A stretch of DNA of 64,000 nt. Origin: a virus. The notes beneath the pieces were generated by a model that ran no database searches, was not told the origin of the DNA, and was given only the letters and a program-made list of their open reading frames with translations. The stretch is from IMG/VR virus record IMGVR_UViG_3300026078_000022, positions 38,002 through 102,001 of that record; one strand, written 5' to 3'. Numbering within the stretch: position 1 is the first letter of the stretch; each line of letters begins with the position of its first letter. The position numbers and the translations under genes were made by a program. Shown here one piece after another: positions 48,648 through 56,955 of the stretch.

Positions 48648-48956
48648 ATGAGTAAAGAGATAGATGAACTTAAAGACTTGCATTATAAGGTTATGGGGTT
48701 AATTAAAAGAAATGATTTGGTTAAGCTCAATAAATTGATGAAAGAAGTTAGGTATAGCCATGACCCCAATAAATCGAAAACTGTATTGATCGCGACACAA
48801 GGGCTAGTTGAGAATGCTAATGTCTTGGAAGAAAGGTATTCATTATATCAATCCTTCAATAAGGATATGGGATTAATCGTGCTTCCCGCGCAAACAACTA
48901 ATGACCCCAACGTACCAAATAAATATAAAATAACAACCCACTCAAACAATAAATAA
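48648..48956 (+). CDS. Hypothetical protein
   Basis: Coupled ORF. Confidence 0.55.
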   Translation: MSKEIDELKDLHYKVMGLIKRNDLVKLNKLMKEVRYSHDPNKSKTVLIATQGLVENANVLEERYSLYQSFNKDMGLIVLPAQTTNDPNVPNKYKITTHSNNK

Positions 48957-49159
48957 TGGAACAACAACTTAAAATTATACCGCCTACGATGCCGAACTTC
49001 TTTAGGTACGAGATGCCAGTAGGTCAACGTCAGGATGGCTTCAAAGAGAATTCCGGTACCCCCATTGAAGAACTCAGCGAAGAGGAAGCCAACGAATTTG
49101 CGGAAATGATGAAGCAGGAATTTCTAAAACATTGGAAAGAAAGAAAACAAAAACAATAA
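48956..49159 (+). CDS. Hypothetical protein
   Basis: P..PNF...RQDGF..PIEELSEE motif. Confidence 0.6.
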   Translation: MEQQLKIIPPTMPNFFRYEMPVGQRQDGFKENSGTPIEELSEEEANEFAEMMKQEFLKHWKERKQKQ

Positions 49160-49162
49160 ATA

Positions 49163-49396
49163 ATGACGCCAAATTTCGACATAGAGAAATTTCAGTTAAT
49201 TATAACTGTGCATGAAAATGCAACAACGTTTCAGGCAAAGTCTTTTAATGGCAAACCAATATCATTTCAGGAAATGATCGGTGCTCTGGAATCTGTGAAA
49301 TTGACATACGTATTTGACCAATCCGGGATCAATGCAGAAGAATACAGGAAATGGAAGGCTAATAAGGAAAAACGTGCAAACAAAAAAAGTAAATAA
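49163..49396 (+). CDS. Hypothetical protein
   Basis: Coupled ORF. Confidence 0.55.
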   Translation: MTPNFDIEKFQLIITVHENATTFQAKSFNGKPISFQEMIGALESVKLTYVFDQSGINAEEYRKWKANKEKRANKKSK

Positions 49397-49707
49397 TGTC
49401 TGACGTATTCCCAAAGTTCATAGTAGAAGGCGATAGCCTTATAATCGGTAAATGCACTTATCACAAGCAGCTCGCAACCAATATAGCCGATGTAAAAGGC
49501 GGCGGCTTCTGGGAATGGAACCGCGATAATAAAACGATTATGCTGTACGGAGATAGCCACGATTTTGGCAGAGTTACACATGAGCATGTAAGAGCCTGTA
49601 TTGATGCGGGTAACGTGTTTTGGAGCTACGAAAGCGGTAGGCGAATAGAAGGCCATACGATCTTCTTAAACACGGGTGTAGAAATTATTCAAATGCAACA
49701 ACAATAA
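49396..49707 (+). CDS. Hypothetical protein
   Basis: GGG.W...LYG.S.DFG motif. Confidence 0.6.
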   Translation: MSDVFPKFIVEGDSLIIGKCTYHKQLATNIADVKGGGFWEWNRDNKTIMLYGDSHDFGRVTHEHVRACIDAGNVFWSYESGRRIEGHTIFLNTGVEIIQMQQQ

Positions 49708-49712
49708 CCAAC

Positions 49713-50258
49713 ATGGAAAACAAATACCCGATAGGGATCGACCCACAGGAAATATGGGATGAATTTAGCGAATACGTAGATGATGACAGTGATAGCTTTT
49801 CGCGTTACGCCGGGAGGTCTGTTATGCTTTTTGATAGCTTTGTTCGCGCATTAGCAAAGATACAGCAACCACCAACCGGTGCAATATGGGTTAAGGCGTC
49901 AAGCGGACTACCAGATGATAATATTCAGCGCATCTGGAAATGGAATAAGTCCGGAAATCCTGAATGGAAAAGAATTGAGCTTGATACAACTGACGGTATA
50001 AAACGGTGGGTCAAACTAGACAAGGTTGACTTTGACGACATTGATCTTCAATACCTCGACGAATCATCCAGCCCATCAAAGGAAAGTGATACTATTGATC
50101 TGAAAGCAAAAAGCGACAAACTTGCACTTGCACTTCGGCGTCTTTCTAACTCAATGTCCGTTCATCCTTTATTTTTTACCGAAAGTGAATGGGGTGATTA
50201 CATAGCATTTGCTGAGGAAGCATTAAGCGAATGGGAACAAAAGGAGTTAAAGCCATGA
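49713..50258 (+). CDS. Hypothetical protein
   Basis: Open frame, end of plus-strand cluster. Confidence 0.55.
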   Translation: MENKYPIGIDPQEIWDEFSEYVDDDSDSFSRYAGRSVMLFDSFVRALAKIQQPPTGAIWVKASSGLPDDNIQRIWKWNKSGNPEWKRIELDTTDGIKRWVKLDKVDFDDIDLQYLDESSSPSKESDTIDLKAKSDKLALALRRLSNSMSVHPLFFTESEWGDYIAFAEEALSEWEQKELKP

Positions 50259-50318
50259 CTATCCAACCAAAAGTAGCAAGTCGCTTTTGATATTATGACA
50301 TGGTGCATATGGCAACAT

Positions 50319-50561
50319 CTAGCCTATTACAACGCCGTCTCTCAATATCAAAAATGCGTCATCTATTTCTTTGGTAACCGTCACCCATGAATTATAATAA
50401 CATCCACCTCCTGCATCTTCTCTTTCTTTGTATGTATATTCAAATTTCGGGACTTTTATAGCATAAGCTATAAATCTATTTTCTGGCTTTGATTTTTCGT
50501 GTCCAAAACTTACTGTCAAAGTTTCCCAATCGAAATATCCACGTTGTATTTGTGGCCCCAT
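50319..50561 (-). CDS. Hypothetical protein
   Basis: ORF in minus-strand cluster. Confidence 0.5.
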   Translation of the reverse strand: MGPQIQRGYFDWETLTVSFGHEKSKPENRFIAYAIKVPKFEYTYKEREDAGGGCYYNSWVTVTKEIDDAFLILRDGVVIG

Positions 50562-50581
50562 TGTAATAATATTTTTAAAGT

Positions 50582-50776
50582 TTAATGTAATTCCATCTCT
50601 AATTCTTCACCGGTAAGTTGAATACAATCACTACGTCTTAATTCTGAATTTATAGAAACAAGCAATTGATAATCTGACATACCCTTCATATCTGGCTGCC
50701 AACTACTTCCACGTTCGCGTAAAATGTTGGTTAATAACTTCTCGTAGCCTTTCCTTGTATGATATTTGCTAGTCAT
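50582..50776 (-). CDS. Hypothetical protein
   Basis: Coupled ORF. Confidence 0.5.
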   Translation of the reverse strand: MTSKYHTRKGYEKLLTNILRERGSSWQPDMKGMSDYQLLVSINSELRRSDCIQLTGEELEMELH

Positions 50777-50778
50777 TT

Positions 50779-51090
50779 TTAACTGGGGTTACCAAATGAT
50801 TCTAGTTCGGCCATAGCATTTATTATCCTAGTTCTTGAAACCACATCATAATCCGGAAGTGCATCTGATAAACGTTTTTTAAACTCTATCCATTTATCCA
50901 TTGGGAAGGCTTCTATTTCAAGAGTATGCCGCATTTCTGATAAGACTTCATGTTGTTTCCAGCCAAATGATTTCCCGATCATGGTTCCCAATTCAGCCTC
51001 ACCCCTTTCTTCCCAATAGGGTATTTTTTCAATATACTTTTGCTGTGATTCGCCGTCATACGTGGATTCAAATTCAGTTATAAATCTCAT
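50779..51090 (-). CDS. Hypothetical protein
   Basis: Coupled ORF. Confidence 0.55.
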   Translation of the reverse strand: MRFITEFESTYDGESQQKYIEKIPYWEERGEAELGTMIGKSFGWKQHEVLSEMRHTLEIEAFPMDKWIEFKKRLSDALPDYDVVSRTRIINAMAELESFGNPS

Positions 51091-51263
51091 TTTAATTGTT
51101 TTTCAAGTTTATATTCACTCATTAGTTCTTTAATAAGCCTTTCTTTTGTTTTAATATTCTTATGTTCTGGCCTTTTGTCAATAGTAGCCCACGTATGTTC
51201 ATCTCTATCCCATTTTCTAATTTTAGCTATTATTTCTTCCCAGAAGTGAAGTTCATCATTCAT
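51087..51263 (-). CDS. Hypothetical protein (58 aa)
   Basis: Not in track; MNDELHFWEEIIAKIRKWDR...; ATGA overlap with the next gene. Confidence 0.5.
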   Translation of the reverse strand: MNDELHFWEEIIAKIRKWDRDEHTWATIDKRPEHKNIKTKERLIKELMSEYKLEKQLK

Positions 51264-51280
51264 TTTAAATGTTTTTAAGG

Positions 51281-51835
51281 TTAAATACCATCTTCGGTCG
51301 CAGGTTCTTCATCTATGTATCCATAGTCATTGGGGATTTTTTCCAGTTTTAAGAGAAATACATCGGCGTCTTTATGAATTTCTTTTGGCGCATAAGGTTG
51401 TGTAATAAATTTAACTCCATCAAAATCAAAAATGTATGAAAATAAAGAAAAGTGTGGTTGCAAATATTGAGTAGCTACTAATGAAATATAAGGTAAAGTT
51501 TGACCAATTAAAACATAATCCCCTATCACATTTGCATAAAGATTGTATGTATATAGCCTTACTATTGACATATAAAGAAGAACCTGAGAGATTGCTTCTA
51601 TTCCGGCAAAGTCTTTTTTTAATTCAATAACCCTAAAGTAAAAAGTGTTTGTCGATTCATCTACTTCAAATGTAAATAGGTCAATTATTTTTTTATTAGG
51701 GAGTCTAAATTGTCGAATAGTATTTTTATAAAATTTAGGAAATCCCCTTTCGTGAACTTTGTCCCGGTTGAAGTAAATATAATCTTCAAGTTGTTCTTCA
51801 GTTAAGAATGTTACATTTTTCATTTTATATTCCAT
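51281..51835 (-). CDS. PD-(D/E)XK nuclease, NucS/EndoMS C-terminal-like
   Basis: EEQLEDYI, IIDL, VIELKK, AISQVLLY. Confidence 0.7.
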   Translation of the reverse strand: MEYKMKNVTFLTEEQLEDYIYFNRDKVHERGFPKFYKNTIRQFRLPNKKIIDLFTFEVDESTNTFYFRVIELKKDFAGIEAISQVLLYMSIVRLYTYNLYANVIGDYVLIGQTLPYISLVATQYLQPHFSLFSYIFDFDGVKFITQPYAPKEIHKDADVFLLKLEKIPNDYGYIDEEPATEDGI

Positions 51836-52163
51836 ATTTCTGCCTTTCTTTAGAAATCCAAGAACTTCTTTCAAGCCCCTCCAAATTGGTAGGGCATAGT
51901 TTTTTAAGCTCGTCTAAAGTTTTTGGCCGTGAATCGGGCGTTATATTATCTTTAGATTGTTCTTTTGGCTTTAAAGGTGGCTTTTTTACTTTTGTATGTA
52001 CTTTGGCAGGAATCGTATCCAGAAACTCATAAATGGCCGATCTTGTTTCATCTTTGCCCCCGAAACGAGAAACGTCGGTATAAATAGTTATAGGTTCTTT
52101 TTTAACTTCCGATGGTTTTCTTCCTGCGCCATCTCTTTTGCCCCCTTTTGATTTTTTTTTCAT
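51825..52163 (-). CDS. Basic DNA-binding protein with GGxRxGAGRK motif
   Basis: MKKKSKGGKRDGAGRKP. Confidence 0.6.
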   Translation of the reverse strand: MKKKSKGGKRDGAGRKPSEVKKEPITIYTDVSRFGGKDETRSAIYEFLDTIPAKVHTKVKKPPLKPKEQSKDNITPDSRPKTLDELKKLCPTNLEGLERSSWISKERQKYGI

Positions 52164-52168
52164 AGAAT

Positions 52169-52201
52169 CAAAGGTATTGAATTTAGTTTGATATTATCAA
52201 A
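52169..52201 (-). promoter_or_regulatory. Promoter (TTTG / TACCTTTG) with overlapping palindromic operator
   Basis: TACCTTTG at 52176-52169; perfect inverted repeat TTTGATA-T-TATCAAA at 52187-52201 covers the -33 box. Confidence 0.6.
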
Positions 52202-52203
52202 TA

Positions 52204-52431
52204 TTATTCAATTCTCCAACATCTCAATTGGCCGCTATCATCTTTACCGGTTTTAACTTTGATCGTTGTGGAGTTAATCTTGTTGTAATAGTTCACGCAA
52301 GAATAAACCGACATTTGTTCACTCTTATTTATTGTAAATGAATCTCCTATCTCTAGTTCTTTAAATGGGTATTTGTCTGGTCGGCCTTTTGTACTCCTTT
52401 TAGGGAAAGGTATATTTTTAGAAATTTCCAT
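52204..52431 (-). CDS. Small DNA-binding protein (paralog of 55330-55563)
   Basis: NIPFP...KYPF.ELEIGDSF...RCWRI. Confidence 0.65.
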   Translation of the reverse strand: MEISKNIPFPKRSTKGRPDKYPFKELEIGDSFTINKSEQMSVYSCVNYYNKINSTTIKVKTGKDDSGQLRCWRIE

Positions 52432-53039
52432 TATTTATTGTATTTTAATGAGTTACGACATATGCAGGTCTGCCTATTTTATACCGCTGTTAGCATCAGC
52501 CCTTTAGCACAGTTATTTAATCATCGAACCCATAACTAACACGTAACATAATGGAATTTATCACTTTACGAATAACAACAGTACGACCATTATCTAGTGT
52601 AAGTGTATCTCCGATATGATATTGTTGCGTTTGTTTCATAAGTCAAAGATAATCCCCTCCCCATAATATTCCAAATAAATTCCAACAAATATTTCAAATA
52701 TACCCAATACCCCTGATACATATACCATAACACATTGATCCACAATAAAACCAATGAACTAACCAGCAATACACCATTACACCACAACCCACACAATGCC
52801 CCTGTAGCGCAATAGGAAGCCAATAGCGCCCCAATCCCACACAGAAAGGCCCATTGCCCCATCAACGCAGACAATCGCAGCTAACAAACTCACACCCGGG
52901 CAAAAATCAAAAGCAATTGACAACGGTATATCACAACAATAATCAGCGCAGCAAACCATAACATAACTATATGATAATCAATTAATGGATTCCTTTTCCC
53001 GGAAATTTCAGGCTAGGCTATAGTTTTTCGATGCCCATG

Positions 53040-53276
53040 CCGCCGCGCCGGGCCTGCAAAAACCCGTAGGGTGTGCAAAGGCTACACGAACAGCAGGAAA
53101 GGAATATCCTGTGAGGACGCACGTAGGTTTAAGCGGTCGTCCTATGCATGCGAAATAGCATGCGCGATCTACGCTTGGGGGTAAATGAGAGTAAGGGTTC
53201 TGTTTTTGGGTTGATTGGCCCGGGTGGGGGTTCGGGTTGTTGGCTGGTCTGAGTTTTGGAATTGGGCGGCGCGGCG
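53040..53276. other. GC-rich multi-hairpin (cloverleaf) element inside a strand-asymmetric non-coding region
   Basis: 10-bp inverted repeat 53041-50/53267-76; CGTAG/CTACG closes four hairpins; AC-rich left arm, GT-rich right arm. Confidence 0.6.
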
Positions 53277-53428
53277 ATTTTGCTTTCTTTCTGTTTAAGG
53301 GATTCCCTTGTTGGGAAAATTACCCGGGTGAAAATATTTTTTTAATCCCCTTTGAGTTGCCGGATCTGGTGGAATAGGGGTAGGGTGTAAGAGGGTTATA
53401 GTTGGGGGTAATTGTGTAAATAGTGCAA

Positions 53429-53758
53429 TTATTTATTGGATCGAAGAAAGCGAAGATATTCCAACAATTGTTGCTCTTCTTTCTGGGTGAGTTTTGTTTT
53501 CGCATTTATTGTTTTTAAAATACCAATTTTTGCTTTTGGATCTTCGATTACAATACCAGCAGCAATAAGCAATGTCTCCATTTCTATTTTATATAAATGA
53601 GATAATTTATAAAGCACATCCGCTGATGGCTTTTTTATCTTATCGTTTTCGAGTTGACTTAAATAAGCGTTTGATATACCAACCGCTTCTTCAACCTGTC
53701 GTAATGTTAATGATATTAACTCCCTTGATTCTTTAAGTGTTTGCCCTAATGTTTTCAT
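53429..53758 (-). CDS. XRE-family HTH repressor
   Basis: LK..RE...LTLRQV...GISNAYLSQLENDKIKKPS..VLYKL. Confidence 0.9.
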   Translation of the reverse strand: MKTLGQTLKESRELISLTLRQVEEAVGISNAYLSQLENDKIKKPSADVLYKLSHLYKIEMETLLIAAGIVIEDPKAKIGILKTINAKTKLTQKEEQQLLEYLRFLRSNK

Positions 53759-53903
53759 GTTTTATGAATTTAATTTTGCTAAATTAATCAATTTGTATTT
53801 ATCTTTAGGGTTCATTAATTAACAATTAAAAACTTTTCAATGACTACATTAAAAATGAAGTTGGGGCTTTCTTTAAAACAATTATTAAAAAAACTTATCA
53901 ATT

Positions 53904-54128
53904 ATGGATTATGTATGCGTTCATGCGCGATTTTTATTTTTCGATTGGAAATCTCATTATACAGTAGAGTATAGTTATGGTATTGGCAAATGGTTTGTGT
54001 TTGAAGATGAAAAAACTACTGATGCCCTATATGTTAGTAAGGAAATAAAGCCATCAAAAAGTAAATCCCCTAATAGGGAGGAAGCTAAAGTTATATTAAA
54101 AGAATATTTTAGCAGTGTTATTGTTTAA
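53904..54128 (+). CDS. Hypothetical protein
   Basis: Preceded by the repeated 18-nt leader. Confidence 0.5.
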   Translation: MDYVCVHARFLFFDWKSHYTVEYSYGIGKWFVFEDEKTTDALYVSKEIKPSKSKSPNREEAKVILKEYFSSVIV

Positions 54129-54149
54129 AACATCAAAAACTTATCAATT

Positions 54150-54401
54150 ATGACAAACAAAGAATTGCAATTGTATTTAGCCAAATACCCGGATGATATG
54201 CCTCTGAGGTGGCGCTGCGAAACCACAACTGAAAGTGGGCATTATGAAATGGAAGATTTCGATGAAGACAAAATACTTCATACTTCAGAAACCGCATATG
54301 TTGATATAGATGCTCCTGAAGATGAATGGGACACCGAAGTTGGTAAAATCGAACTTGGCAGCGGCCAGCAATATTTATTATTTAATCCATTAATAGTTTG
54401 A
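54150..54401 (+). CDS. Hypothetical acidic protein
   Basis: MTNKELQLYLAKYPDDMP. Confidence 0.6.
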   Translation: MTNKELQLYLAKYPDDMPLRWRCETTTESGHYEMEDFDEDKILHTSETAYVDIDAPEDEWDTEVGKIELGSGQQYLLFNPLIV

Positions 54402-54407
54402 CAGTTT

Positions 54408-54476
54408 CCTGATAAGTTCTGTCGATAAGCCCTGATTAGAATTGCATCAGCAGTATCGGGGCTTTTTTATGTCAGG
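54408..54476 (+). terminator. Intrinsic terminator hairpin
   Basis: AAGCCCTGAT...ATCGGGGCTT followed by a T-tract, between convergent genes. Confidence 0.6.
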
Positions 54477-54551
54477 TAGTGTGATTTAAGTCATATCACA
54501 CAAGGTAGGGGGTTGTATTGTTTGCGTTTTCTTGATTTCAGGAAAACGTTC

Positions 54552-54755
54552 TTAATTCATATTTATATCCCATTCGACGGCAACCCAATCTTCGCCCTCT
54601 AAAATAAAGCCCATTTTACCTAATCGGTCATCTGGTATAGCTGCTTTCATTTTAGTTACGCGACCGTCAATAGGATCTACTTCCATAACAATGCACTCCA
54701 TATTTGCGAAGTCTCCGGTGCCTTCAAGTTTTATAATGTCACCCGGTTGTCTCAT
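54552..54755 (-). CDS. Hypothetical protein
   Basis: Protein-like 67-aa frame. Confidence 0.5.
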   Translation of the reverse strand: MRQPGDIIKLEGTGDFANMECIVMEVDPIDGRVTKMKAAIPDDRLGKMGFILEGEDWVAVEWDINMN

Positions 54756-55184
54756 AGACCAAATTTAGTATATTCGTATCTAATGCAAGGACTGGCAAAG
54801 CAGTCTATAAATATCATGTTTACATCATTCCTTTTTGAAAGGCTTACACATTACCGCCAATTTTATTCTACAGAGGCCGAATTTATCCAACACTTAATGA
54901 GCGGGGAAGTAAAGATATCAATTCCTGATCTTATTAAATTTCAAAGCGAGTATGAAAATAAGCGGCCATCTCTGCCATCCCGCTTTCAGGTAGGTGATAA
55001 GGTGATATTTGAAGATCGCCCTGATGATCATGATATACCTTACATCGGTTTGCCAGCCGAAATATTAGCTGTTCATTTTTATTCTGGCAAGGTCAAGTAT
55101 GATGTAGACCTTATATTTGCTGAAGGCAAAAGAACTAGGATTTATAATGTAGACTCTATCGTGATTGTAGATTTCGATAAATAA
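54747..55184 (+). CDS. Hypothetical protein with SH3-like C-terminus
   Basis: LPSRFQVGDKV...KVKYD...TRIYNVDS; true start probably later (54783 or 54816). Confidence 0.6.
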   Translation: MSHRPNLVYSYLMQGLAKQSINIMFTSFLFERLTHYRQFYSTEAEFIQHLMSGEVKISIPDLIKFQSEYENKRPSLPSRFQVGDKVIFEDRPDDHDIPYIGLPAEILAVHFYSGKVKYDVDLIFAEGKRTRIYNVDSIVIVDFDK

Positions 55185-55203
55185 GTCAGAGAAACAATTC
55201 GAT

Positions 55204-55250
55204 AAGCCGGGGCAGATACCTACTACTATCTGCTACCGGCTTTCTTGTTT
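55204..55250 (+). terminator. Intrinsic terminator
   Basis: AAGCCGG.GCAGATA...TATCTGC..CCGGCTT followed by a T-rich tail. Confidence 0.7.
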
Positions 55251-55329
55251 TATATCCGTGGGAGTGGGTATTTATTTAATTGTGTGAAAAATATATTTGT
55301 TTATATGAATTGTGTGTTTATATTTGCTT

Positions 55330-55563
55330 ATGAAGATAGCGAAGAAAATACCAATACCGGTTAACGTTGGTTCAGGACGGCCACGGAAAAAATATAGATT
55401 TGATTTATTAAATGAGGTTGGTGATAGTTTCTTCATAGAAGGCGTTGAAGCCAAAAATAGTGTGTACAGCAATCTTAATTCTTATAATAAGAAAAGTAAA
55501 CACCCAATAAAAATAACTATCCGTACTGAAGAAACCGGCATTCGAATTTGGCGAATTAAATAA
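55330..55563 (+). CDS. Small DNA-binding protein (paralog of 52204-52431), probably leaderless
   Basis: KIPIP...KYRF...EVGDSF...IRIWRI; TATATTTG box at 55319-55326 just before the ATG. Confidence 0.65.
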   Translation: MKIAKKIPIPVNVGSGRPRKKYRFDLLNEVGDSFFIEGVEAKNSVYSNLNSYNKKSKHPIKITIRTEETGIRIWRIK

Positions 55564-55667
55564 TACTCGTATGTTGCTATTAATAATAGTTGTTACATGT
55601 TTATTTATTGGATATGCAATTGGGGTTGTCGATGAAAAAGATAGGATACAAAATAAAACAAATAACA

Positions 55668-55889
55668 ATGCTTAGTTTAATTGATGTATTACGAAGTAAT
55701 GGTGGTGTTATTGAAAATGGCGCTGTTATGATTACATGTAAAGACATGGATGTAGCAGCGAGGTTATATGTACATAATTGTGTCGTTAAAGAATTAGAAT
55801 CATTACTTGAAATCAATTCAACACAAGCATACTGGCCTGCTATAATTAAACAAAGGATTAATCAATTAAAAGGTAATAACAATGGCTGA
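55668..55889 (+). CDS. Hypothetical protein
   Basis: Start taken at MLSLID after an A-rich leader. Confidence 0.5.
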   Translation: MLSLIDVLRSNGGVIENGAVMITCKDMDVAARLYVHNCVVKELESLLEINSTQAYWPAIIKQRINQLKGNNNG

Positions 55890-56157
55890 TAGAGATGCGA
55901 TATTAGAAAAAGGAACAAAAGATTACGCGCCAATTTTATATATTATTGAACAATATAAAAAAGGTAATTGTCCATTAAGTTCAGTAGAATCAGCCATTAA
56001 AAATGCATTGGACGAGTACATGCGCTTAACCTGTTTAGAACTCTTAGAATATATGGGTAATAATGAAGTTGAATGTATGAAAACCCGTGTAGGGTTAAGA
56101 TTTTATCATAACGGTCTTTATTTAACCGCAGAAGAACTATTTGAAAACTTTCTATAA
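55882..56157 (+). CDS. Hypothetical protein
   Basis: Coupled ORF. Confidence 0.55.
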   Translation: MADRDAILEKGTKDYAPILYIIEQYKKGNCPLSSVESAIKNALDEYMRLTCLELLEYMGNNEVECMKTRVGLRFYHNGLYLTAEELFENFL

Positions 56158-56165
56158 TAAATAAC

Positions 56166-56366
56166 ATGGTAAACGAATATTACTATTTGAATGAATTAGA
56201 AATCAAAATGGAAGAATTTTTAGAGACTGAAACATGTAGCGATAATGATTTAGGGTGGATTGCTCCAATGACAAAACGAAGAATGGCAGAAGCTGCTTTC
56301 GCTGTATTAAAGAATGCTCAAGAATTAAATATTTATCTTGAACGTGAAGGTGTATTAAATTTATAA
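56166..56366 (+). CDS. Hypothetical protein
   Basis: Coupled ORF. Confidence 0.55.
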   Translation: MVNEYYYLNELEIKMEEFLETETCSDNDLGWIAPMTKRRMAEAAFAVLKNAQELNIYLEREGVLNL

Positions 56367-56459
56367 GGTATTTATAAACTTTCTCACTCACAATCAGTAC
56401 GGGAATCTCAGTCGGGATTATTTTTAGTCCCGGCCTTATTTTAAACAAGTTCTTTTAAA

Positions 56460-56533
56460 TAGCTCGGGAGCGCATTTCCCCGACAAGGTGAGCGGTGAAG
56501 AAATTCATGCCACAGACCGAAAGGAAGATGCTA
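56460..56533 (+). ncRNA. Structured RNA unit A
   Basis: TAGC/GCTA closing stem; TCGGG/CCCGA hairpin; two GAAA-tetraloop hairpins (GTGAA-GAAA-TTCAT, CC-GAAA-GG). Confidence 0.45.
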
Positions 56534-56660
56534 AATGAACAGAAACATTTATGAGTGATCATATGATGCGGGTAGCCAGCCTGTTATTGGGACGCGAGTA
56601 GGATGTAATTTGGTAACTGGCCTACGAAATTACGACCGGCGATTCTCTTTTCTGTTCATT
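56534..56660 (+). ncRNA. Structured RNA unit B
   Basis: 12-bp closing stem AATGAACAGAAA/TTTCTGTTCATT; GTAATTT/AAATTAC hairpin with crossing GCCAG/CTGGC complementarity. Confidence 0.55.
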
Positions 56661-56668
56661 CATATATT

Positions 56669-56778
56669 TCACCTGCATTGTGAGGCGTAAGCCAATAATC
56701 ATAGGGATAACCGTGAAAGATAACTGATCACTATTATTGTAACGGAAGGTATAGGGTTCGAACCCCTTGCGGGTGGCA
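56669..56778 (+). ncRNA. tRNA-like RNA with enlarged anticodon arm (unit C)
   Basis: Acceptor CACCTGC/GCGGGTG; T-arm AGGG-TTCGAAC-CCCT; GGC-GTAA-GCC; long CAATAAT/ATTATTG arm; no assignable anticodon. Confidence 0.6.
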
Positions 56779-56797
56779 AACTAAGTTCTTTTAAATA

Positions 56798-56923
56798 TGT
56801 AAGGCATGAGCAGCAGGGACTAACCTGACAAGCTGGCCTACAAAAGCAGTAGACACAGAAGGAAGTAATCTAGTGTAAAGAGATGTGTTAAGTTACTTTA
56901 AGCACGCCATCTGCGGTCGCTGT
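56798..56923 (+). ncRNA. Structured RNA units D and E
   Basis: D: TGTAAGGC/GCCTACA and CAGC/GCTG stems; E: two hairpins with loops AAGTAA (56863-68) and TTACTT (56893-98). Confidence 0.45.
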
Positions 56924-56955
56924 ACAAACAAGTTCTTTATTTATATAGATGATAT

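Larger units (their letters stand above)
56443..56938 (+). repeat. Repeated AAGTTCTTT(TAAATA) motif, boxA-like, 3 copies
   Basis: AAGTTCTTTTAAATA at 56447 and 56783; AAACAAGTTCTTT at 56443 and 56926. Confidence 0.7.

Noticed and set aside
52590-53505. ORFs 52590-52874, 52777-52959 and 53320-53505
   Set aside because: They arise from extreme GT/AC compositional bias, overlap each other or the repressor, and lack motifs
56534-56660. Hammerhead or HDV-like (theta) ribozyme in unit B
   Set aside because: No CUGANGA core and no convincing nested P1/P1.1/P3 order by eye; a motif search would be needed to exclude it fully
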